In this document: positions 23,728 to 29,871 of the stretch, piece by piece
Numbering within the stretch: position 1 is the first letter of the stretch
How the letters are laid out: each line of letters opens with the position of its first letter
IMG/VR virus record: IMGVR_UViG_3300011339_000048
Coordinates: 1 to 29,871 of that record
Reading direction: 5' to 3' (one strand)
Length of the DNA stretch: 29,871 bases
DNA from: a virus
Lineage: Duplodnaviria; Caudoviricetes
Translations under genes and position numbers: made by a program
The notes under the pieces: model-generated
Told to the model about the DNA's origin: nothing
The model's database searches: none
The model's input: only the letters and a program-made list of their open reading frames with translations

Positions 23728-25728
23728 ACTTTTATACCCACCATCGACCTCCAAAATCATCTCTTTGGCGATCATGCTCTTGACTACTTCCCAAAATCTG
23801 TTGTTCTTAACTCCATGCTCCTTGGCGCAGTCTCGCCACTCGTCATATCCAACTGGTCTGAGTTGGTGATTTTGTAGCAAATTGACCTCTAGCATCACCA
23901 AGCATTCCATCACTTGCTTTTGGTTTGGTGAGAGGTAGGTCTTCTTTTGGACTTGGCTAACCAATCCCGAAATGTCTACCGCTGTCAGGTACGCACCCTT
24001 GACTGGCATCCCGTTCTTGTTGTTGATTGGTAGATCGACTTGGGTGATCTGGAAGTTCTTAGGACTTGGCATTTCCGCATCCTTCATCTTCTTGGACTCA
24101 AACGCTATGGTTTTGGTGCCTGAATCCAACTGGCACTTGTACTCAGCATCCAATGCGCCTTTCAAGGCTGTCGAGCCTCTGGAGCGATCCTTGTCTGCCA
24201 CTCCGCTATGGTGAACCACCATGACACAGCATTTCCAAGGTTGGCGCAGATACACATCTAGATGTTGGATAAACGCATTCATGTCTTGGGTGCTATTTTC
24301 GTCACCACCATGATTTCTGGCTAATGTATCAATCACAATCATGGATGGGATGCAGTTCGCTTCCGCTGACAACTGCTTAATCGACTCAGCCACAACTGCC
24401 GCCTCAGTAGCGTCATACAACTGAGCCGCACGATGGGACTTGTACAGCGGGACACCAGCTAGGCTGGTGCCGTTACCAATCTGCCATGCCTTTAGCCTTC
24501 TGGCTAATCCGTTATGCCCTTCACCAGCGATGTAGAACACGCTTCCCTGTTTGACATCATGCCCATGCCAAGGTTTGCCAGTTGCAACGCAACAAGCCAG
24601 ATCGATGGCCACAAAACTCTTGCCACCGCCTGGGTCTCCAAACACCTGCGCCAGACTGTCTGCCTCGATGTAGTCATCGACCACCCATTTGATCTCTGTC
24701 AACTCCAAACTATCTGCTCTGGTGAACTCAAACGCCAACTTATCTATGGCTGGCAACGCCACACGCTCGATCTGCTCTTTGACCGCCTCAATCCCTTGGA
24801 GAGTGTGCAAGTCATTGAAATCCGTTGGCTTAGATGCCAGATCAGACTCATTGAAGATTGGATACACAATTTCCCCAAACACCAAACCAGCCGCCGCCTT
24901 TGCCTTGGTGAGGCCAGGATTGCCCTCCGTGAACTGATCATTATCCGCACAGATAACTATGCGAGACCCTAAGAACATCTCCTTAGCAGACTTGGCTACC
25001 TTGGCGAGATTGCCACAGTCAAACGCCACCAAAGTTGTGAACCCTGTCGCTTGGTGAATGGATGCACAAGTTGCGAAACCCTCACCTATAAAGATCACTT
25101 TGCGGTTACCCCTGAGTTCATAAAACCCACCCTCGATCTTGCCGCCTTTTAGAAATCTTTTGTTGCCCTCTGCATCAATGGTTTGGTAGGACAGAATTTC
25201 CCCTGACACATCACTCACAGGCACCACCAAACGCCCTGCACGATCAATCTTGATCCCATGAGGCTCAATCCTCTTCCTCACCAAATACGGATGGTCTGCA
25301 CTCGCATCAGCATAGGTGCTGACCTCATCCTCTGCCTTTTCAGCCGCCACCTGTTGACTGGCAATCCTGTCAGCCTCTCGCTTAGACCTGATTTCTGCGA
25401 TTAACTTGTCATGCTCTAGTCGCTCAGAAAACGACATATTGCGCCCAATATCTGCCATCCACTTGGACTCAAAGGTTGGCTCCTTCCAACAGCCACAAAC
25501 ACCAACAGGAATCTTGCCACTTAAGTGCAAGATATACCACCCATCAACTGCACCCTTCTTGGAAGAGATGTGAGGCACTCGATGTATCTCGCCATCTGCG
25601 ATCAAGTCTCTGATCACCAGCCCTTGCGCCTCACAATGCTTGGTGAACGCCGTCACAGGATCAATCAGGTCTTGGCTCTCAGTTGCCGCGGCAAAGCCGT
25701 TGGGAAATATGTTTGTAAGGCTAGTCAT
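23674..25728 (-). CDS. Toprim primase fused to RepA-like (AAA_25) helicase
   Basis: Toprim IGEGFAT...VAFDCGNL...ICADND...TDFNDL; Walker A GDPGGGKS, YIAGEG, Walker B IVIDT, VVHHSG, RGSTALKGALD. Confidence 0.92.
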   Translation of the reverse strand: MTSLTNIFPNGFAAATESQDLIDPVTAFTKHCEAQGLVIRDLIADGEIHRVPHISSKKGAVDGWYILHLSGKIPVGVCGCWKEPTFESKWMADIGRNMSFSERLEHDKLIAEIRSKREADRIASQQVAAEKAEDEVSTYADASADHPYLVRKRIEPHGIKIDRAGRLVVPVSDVSGEILSYQTIDAEGNKRFLKGGKIEGGFYELRGNRKVIFIGEGFATCASIHQATGFTTLVAFDCGNLAKVAKSAKEMFLGSRIVICADNDQFTEGNPGLTKAKAAAGLVFGEIVYPIFNESDLASKPTDFNDLHTLQGIEAVKEQIERVALPAIDKLAFEFTRADSLELTEIKWVVDDYIEADSLAQVFGDPGGGKSFVAIDLACCVATGKPWHGHDVKQGSVFYIAGEGHNGLARRLKAWQIGNGTSLAGVPLYKSHRAAQLYDATEAAVVAESIKQLSAEANCIPSMIVIDTLARNHGGDENSTQDMNAFIQHLDVYLRQPWKCCVMVVHHSGVADKDRSRGSTALKGALDAEYKCQLDSGTKTIAFESKKMKDAEMPSPKNFQITQVDLPINNKNGMPVKGAYLTAVDISGLVSQVQKKTYLSPNQKQVMECLVMLEVNLLQNHQLRPVGYDEWRDCAKEHGVKNNRFWEVVKSMIAKEMILEVDGGYKSHPKPSESHPNRITSDGN

Positions 25729-25946
25729 GTTTGCACCTCCACCAACTCAGGCCAAATAGCCTGCCAAGACCCCTGACAGAGCATCTTTCTGGTGATCTTG
25801 CCACCTGATTCATGCTCGACCCAGACAGCTTGCCAAGCACTCATTTCTCGCCTTCCTGTCAGGCATTGATAAATATATTGTTCTGAGAGTCCAACTCTTT
25901 TAGCCAACTCTCTGCGCTCTTCGGGGGGAATGTGTGGAATGTTCAT
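25725..25946 (-). CDS. Cro-like HTH regulator
   Basis: 73 aa; RRELAKRVGLSEQYIYQCLTGRR HTH and C-terminal IWPEL; first gene of the leftward operon. Confidence 0.85.
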   Translation of the reverse strand: MNIPHIPPEERRELAKRVGLSEQYIYQCLTGRREMSAWQAVWVEHESGGKITRKMLCQGSWQAIWPELVEVQT

Positions 25947-25955
25947 AGGATGGCG

Positions 25956-26063
25956 AGTCTAGCATATTGCTATAACTGTGGATTTTTAGCGTAAACCCTA
26001 TTAGGGTTTTCATATTAAATATTTCTAGCAATTTGTTAGAAACCTCTAGTTTTTTGCTAGAAT
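25956..26063. promoter_or_regulatory. Divergent promoters with three operator-like palindromes
   Basis: Leftward extended -10 TGC-TAGACT (25964-25956); rightward TGC-TAGAAT (26055-26063); 15-bp CTAGCA-N3-TGCTAG-like sites at 25959, 26025 and 26046. Confidence 0.7.
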
Positions 26064-26127
26064 TCTGGTCATGGGCAGGGAAATAGGTTCTTTGCACATC
26101 ACGCCGAGAGGCCACAAAGGAAACAAA

Positions 26128-26502
26128 ATGAACGCAACTTACACAGCATTTGTAGGATATGACTTTTACGAAGCAGGCAAGTCTTGTGACGGCCACCCAT
26201 ATATCGCTTCAAAATTTTACGTAATGGTTGAGAACGAGGCTGGCCGCCGTTTTCGTCACACAGCATCATTTCCTAGCGTCCAAGTAAAAGAATGGGAAGG
26301 CGAAAACATTTTTGTCAATATTGGCGAAGAGTCAAAAGACATTGCGGATGGCTTGGCTAAAAAGGTCAACGCCGCCCTGCAAGCGGGTAAGCAGTTGGAT
26401 CAAAATTATTGGTTTGAGATTGATCCAGCGTATGGCTCAGATGAGTACATTGCTCAGGATACAGAGGCTCATCGTCTTTTTGCAGAGAAGCAAGAAGGTT
26501 AA
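26128..26502 (+). CDS. Hypothetical early protein
   Basis: ATG 26128 after AAGGA SD; 124 aa. Confidence 0.75.
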   Translation: MNATYTAFVGYDFYEAGKSCDGHPYIASKFYVMVENEAGRRFRHTASFPSVQVKEWEGENIFVNIGEESKDIADGLAKKVNAALQAGKQLDQNYWFEIDPAYGSDEYIAQDTEAHRLFAEKQEG

Positions 26503-26508
26503 CCCCAC

Positions 26509-26540
26509 GGGGCGCAAGCCCCATCCCTTTTAACCTTTTT
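26509..26540 (+). terminator. GNRA-loop hairpin, possible weak terminator
   Basis: GGGGC-GCAA-GCCCC followed after a short gap by T runs. Confidence 0.45.
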
Positions 26541-26552
26541 AGGACAATTGAA

Positions 26553-26807
26553 ATGACACATTCAACATCAAACGGAACAGTAGTAAGGCGCAAGGGCAAT
26601 ACAGGCTCCAGACCCAACGCTCGCAAAGAGTGGATCGTGATCCGCATGGACAATTATGTTGGCGCACTAAAAATGTGGAAGCCAACTTTGCCAATGACTA
26701 TCAAGCAAGCCGCTGACGCATTCAATCACTTTAGCCGTTGGGACGATGTGGCAGTAAAGATGATTACTGTTAAAGAGTGGGAAAAGATGAACGAGGTGAC
26801 AGCGTGA
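26553..26807 (+). CDS. Hypothetical protein
   Basis: 84 aa, AGGA SD. Confidence 0.7.
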   Translation: MTHSTSNGTVVRRKGNTGSRPNARKEWIVIRMDNYVGALKMWKPTLPMTIKQAADAFNHFSRWDDVAVKMITVKEWEKMNEVTA

Positions 26808-26890
26808 AACAAACCCTTAAAGACATCCTCGCCGCCACACTGGTGGCAGTAGGCTTTGCTTGGCTCCTAGTGGCATGGTGGTCAGCATGA
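26804..26890 (+). CDS. 28-aa single-TM peptide
   Basis: Not in the ORF track. GTGA and ATGA overlaps at both ends, GAGG SD; MKQTLKDILAATLVAVGFAWLLVAWWSA. Confidence 0.7.
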   Translation: MKQTLKDILAATLVAVGFAWLLVAWWSA

Positions 26891-27138
26891 CCCACATCAC
26901 CAGGCTCCAAGAGTTCTGCGCCGAGCCACGCACAATGAAAGAAATTACAGCTGAAGGTTTCACACCCAACGCTGTCTACATGGCCGTTCGCCGAGGCCAA
27001 CTGGTCAACCACAATGCCAAAGATGCTTGGGGCAGACCTCTACACAAAACAGCTGGTCTTTTCCAATCTGCTGTGCAAGTCAACCCTGTCTATGATGCCC
27101 AACCTTTGGTTTCCGCATGGATGGGAGCATCAGCATGA
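26887..27138 (+). CDS. Hypothetical protein, possible winged HTH
   Basis: ATG 26887; EPRTMKEITAEGFTPNAVYMAVRRGQL. Confidence 0.65.
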   Translation: MTHITRLQEFCAEPRTMKEITAEGFTPNAVYMAVRRGQLVNHNAKDAWGRPLHKTAGLFQSAVQVNPVYDAQPLVSAWMGASA

Positions 27139-27338
27139 TTGATTTTTTATTGATGGTAGGAGGGGCGTTGTTTGCAATGTTTGTTAGTGGCATTGTCAAT
27201 TATGGAAAACGCACATGGGTTGGATTGACTGATGAGGAACTACAACCGATTGCTGACAAGTACCGCATTTTATTTGGAAGTTGCGTAAAAGACTTTGCAA
27301 CAGCCATCGAAGCCAAACTCAAGGAGAAGAACACATGA
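27135..27338 (+). CDS. Hypothetical protein with N-terminal TM and WVGLTDEE...AIEAKLKEKNT module
   Basis: ATGA overlaps at both ends; the C-terminal module is one I recall from betaproteobacterial phage ORFs. Confidence 0.7.
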   Translation: MIDFLLMVGGALFAMFVSGIVNYGKRTWVGLTDEELQPIADKYRILFGSCVKDFATAIEAKLKEKNT

Positions 27339-27574
27339 ACCCAGCCCTCTACGAATTCAACTGCGAGGTTGAAGGTGTCGAACTCCAATGCAAGTTGGAG
27401 TATGAACCAGCAGAAGAAAACTATCCAGACGCACCCGACATAGACGAGTGCATGAACCTTGTTAACGCCTTCACCAATGGCGTTGACATTGCCCATCTGC
27501 TAATGCAGTCCATCGTGGATCACATCTGCGAATCAGCCCTTGAAGATATGAAAGAAAACTCACATGATTTCTAA
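27335..27574 (+). CDS. Small acidic hypothetical protein
   Basis: ATG 27335 with AAGGAG SD; 79 aa. Confidence 0.75.
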   Translation: MNPALYEFNCEVEGVELQCKLEYEPAEENYPDAPDIDECMNLVNAFTNGVDIAHLLMQSIVDHICESALEDMKENSHDF

Positions 27575-27938
27575 CCTAATCGCTGAACTCCGAGCCGCAA
27601 AGTTGGCTGAAGAGAAAGCCAAACAAGACCGCATCGATGTTGAGAACAAAATCATTTCTTTGTTTGCCCACCCAATAACTGGTGAAGGCACACACAATGA
27701 TGAAGAGTTTTCTATTGCATGGAAACTAACCCGCTCAGTTGATCAAGAAAAACTTTCTGCCGACTTTGAATTGCTTGGTGCCAATGTGCAAAAAGCATTT
27801 CGCTGGAAGCCAGAAGTCGATCTACGCCAACTGCGTAACTTACAAGAACTTGATGCTCCTGCGTACGCAGAAGCCGCCAAGTACTTCACTAGCAAACCCG
27901 CAAAACCATCCGTAACTCTGAAAGATAAAAATGTTTGA
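27564..27938 (+). CDS. Conserved protein of the recombination module
   Basis: 124 aa; N-terminal coiled coil, AFRWKPEVD, TSKPAKPSV; directly before the Sak4-like gene. Confidence 0.75.
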   Translation: MISNLIAELRAAKLAEEKAKQDRIDVENKIISLFAHPITGEGTHNDEEFSIAWKLTRSVDQEKLSADFELLGANVQKAFRWKPEVDLRQLRNLQELDAPAYAEAAKYFTSKPAKPSVTLKDKNV

Positions 27939-28674
27939 TCTCAAATCCATCACTAAAACCCGCCGTGTTCGCTCCCCCAAAATTGTTGTTGTTGGAGCAG
28001 GCAAGATCGGCAAGACCACCTTTGCATCACAGGCACCAAATGCCATTGGCATCTTGACCGAGGATGGCGCAGACGCTGTGGATGCAAACGCATTCCCGCT
28101 GGCGAGTAGCTTGACTGAGGTCTATGCGGCAATCGAAACGCTGATTACTAATGAACATGATTTCAAGACGCTGTTTATCGACTCGCTCGATTGGCTGGAG
28201 CCAATGGTGCAGGATCATGTGTGCAAGGCAAATGGTTGGAAGAACATCGAACAGCCTGGCTTTGGCAAGGGCTATGTTGCCGCCGCCGAGGAATGGCGCA
28301 ATCTTCTGACTGGTCTGGAAGTCTTGCGATCCACCAAGCAGATGGGCATCATCCTGATTGCCCACGACAAGATCAAACGAGTGGAAGACCCGCTGACCGA
28401 GGGCTACGACTCCCATGTTTTGAAACTGCATGACCGAGCCGCCGCTCTGGTGCAAGAGTGGGCAGATGTGATTGGCTACGCTGGCTATCGCATTTACACA
28501 AGCAAAACAGACGCTGGTTTCAACAAGAAAGAAACCAAGGCAACCACAACGGGTGAACGCATTCTCCATGTTGAGGCTCATCCAGCCCATTGCGGTGGCA
28601 ACCGCTTTGGCTTAACCAATTTGCCGCTTGACTGGGCGGCATTTCAGGACGCTTTGACAAAAGCACAATCTTGA
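27931..28674 (+). CDS. Sak4-like AAA ATPase / ssDNA annealing protein
   Basis: Walker A GAGKIGKTT, Walker B LFIDSLDWLE, GFGKGY, LIAH, QEWADVIGY. Confidence 0.85.
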   Translation: MFDLKSITKTRRVRSPKIVVVGAGKIGKTTFASQAPNAIGILTEDGADAVDANAFPLASSLTEVYAAIETLITNEHDFKTLFIDSLDWLEPMVQDHVCKANGWKNIEQPGFGKGYVAAAEEWRNLLTGLEVLRSTKQMGIILIAHDKIKRVEDPLTEGYDSHVLKLHDRAAALVQEWADVIGYAGYRIYTSKTDAGFNKKETKATTTGERILHVEAHPAHCGGNRFGLTNLPLDWAAFQDALTKAQS

Positions 28675-28713
28675 TCCATCAGTCCGTAACTTTAACTTTT
28701 TAGGATTTAAAAA

Positions 28714-29196
28714 ATGGCACACTTTAATTTTGACGCATCCGCTGTCGCACCTCAAGTCTCCAACTCTGTCTTACCCGCTGGTACTTATCTGGCGCACATC
28801 ACAGAGTCTGATGTTCGCCCTCTGGCGAGTGGAAATGGTGAAGGCTTGAAACTGACCTTTGAGATCATTGATGGTCAGCACAAAGGTCGGCGTGTTTGGG
28901 ACAACCTGAACATTCAGCACAACAATGAAACTACCCAACGCATTGCACAGGCGCAGTTGTCTGCCTTGTGCCATGCAGTCAATGTAATCAAGTTAGAAGA
29001 CACTTCTGCCTTGCACTACAAGCCTGTCAAGATCAAGGTGACAGTCCGAGAGGCAGATGGCAAGTACCAAGAGAGCAACAACATCAAGGGCTATGAGTCT
29101 GCTTCTGGTGCCACTCCTGCGCCCTCTGCACCTGTTGCTGTCACAGCACCAGCCCCAGCAACAACTTCCAAAGCCCCAGCTTGGGCTAAGAAGTAA
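28714..29196 (+). CDS. DUF669-type single-stranded DNA-binding protein
   Basis: LPAGTYLAHI, LKLTFEIIDGQHKGRRVWDNLN, NNIKGY, Pro/Ala tail ending PAWAKK; follows the Sak4-like gene. Confidence 0.85.
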   Translation: MAHFNFDASAVAPQVSNSVLPAGTYLAHITESDVRPLASGNGEGLKLTFEIIDGQHKGRRVWDNLNIQHNNETTQRIAQAQLSALCHAVNVIKLEDTSALHYKPVKIKVTVREADGKYQESNNIKGYESASGATPAPSAPVAVTAPAPATTSKAPAWAKK

Positions 29197-29198
29197 AC

Positions 29199-29871
29199 AT
29201 GGCAGTTCTACCGCAATCTGTGGTAGACCCTGTGGCAGATGCCATCTTTGCCTATTACAAGGCAAAGTATGGCTCTGAGCCACAGCGTCCATACCTTGGG
29301 GCATCCACTATTGGCAAGCCATGTCTGCGCCAGCATTGGTATTCCTTCCGCTGGTCTAAGGCGGCACAATTTTCAGGTCGCTTGTATCGAGTGTTTCAGT
29401 CTGGACATCTGCAAGAGCCACGGGTCTACCAAGACTTAGCAAGCATTGGTTGTACTGTTTACCAGAACAATCCTGCAACAGGCAAGCAATGGTCATTCAC
29501 AGAGCAATCTTCTGGTGGCCACTTTCAGGGAAACTGTGATGGCATTGTGATTGGTCTGCCGCAAGCCCCCAAGTCACCGCACATCTTGGAGATCAAGACA
29601 GCGTCTGACAAGATGTTTAAGGATATGCAAAAAAATGGAGTAAAGAAGTCCAAGCCAGAACACTATGGGCAGATGCAAATATACATGAAGTGGAGCCAAG
29701 ACGAGTTTGGTGACGATGGTTGCAAACGAGCCTTGTACTTTGTGGTCAACAAGGATAACGATGAAATCTACACAGAACGAGTCGAGTTTGACGCACAAGA
29801 GGCTCAAGCAATCATTGACAAAGCTATTGCGGTCATCACCGCCACGGAGCCTCCTGTTGGCGTTTCTACTG
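29199..29871 (+). CDS. Cas4-like PD-(D/E)xK exonuclease, partial
   Basis: Not in the ORF track (no stop in window). RPYLGASTIGKPCLRQHWYSFRW, GHLQE, GNCDG, LEIKT, HYGQMQIYM. Confidence 0.85.
   Translation, partial: MAVLPQSVVDPVADAIFAYYKAKYGSEPQRPYLGASTIGKPCLRQHWYSFRWSKAAQFSGRLYRVFQSGHLQEPRVYQDLASIGCTVYQNNPATGKQWSFTEQSSGGHFQGNCDGIVIGLPQAPKSPHILEIKTASDKMFKDMQKNGVKKSKPEHYGQMQIYMKWSQDEFGDDGCKRALYFVVNKDNDEIYTERVEFDAQEAQAIIDKAIAVITATEPPVGVST

Noticed and set aside
563-25776. Plus-strand ORFs of the six-frame track within the leftward operon, and minus-strand ORFs right of 26300
   Set aside because: They are antisense shadows of longer, motif-bearing, translationally coupled genes.
29199-29871. CRISPR-associated cas4
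   Set aside because: No other cas genes or array; the Sak4/SSB context marks a solo phage recombination exonuclease.
1-29871. tRNA, rRNA, integrase, DNA or RNA polymerase, endolysin genes
   Set aside because: None recognisable in this window; they may lie outside it.

Overview
A ~30 kb piece of a tailed dsDNA phage with podovirus-type structural genes. The host is probably a betaproteobacterium; this is an inference from gene content, not a database result. The minus strand (1-25946) carries, in order of transcription: Cro-like regulator, Toprim primase/AAA helicase, RusA, terminase small and large subunits, portal, collagen-like and S74-type fibre genes, scaffold, major capsid, small basic proteins, tail adaptor and nozzle, three probable ejection proteins and a membrane/lysis cluster. 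The plus strand (26128-29871) carries early genes ending in a Sak4-like ATPase, a DUF669-type SSB and a Cas4-like exonuclease. No integrase, CI repressor, tRNA or CRISPR array is visible in the window. The most unusual element is a non-coding cassette upstream of terS (22234-22457). It packs a 28-bp dif-like XerCD site, four perfect DnaA boxes, a perfect IHF consensus site and two KOPS-like octamers, and it is separate from an iteron/hairpin origin candidate at the end of the primase-helicase gene. Also notable is an HNH-type endonuclease inserted into a small gene, whose 5' end is supplied again in recoded form downstream of the endonuclease. All family assignments are by motif recognition only; no searches were run.
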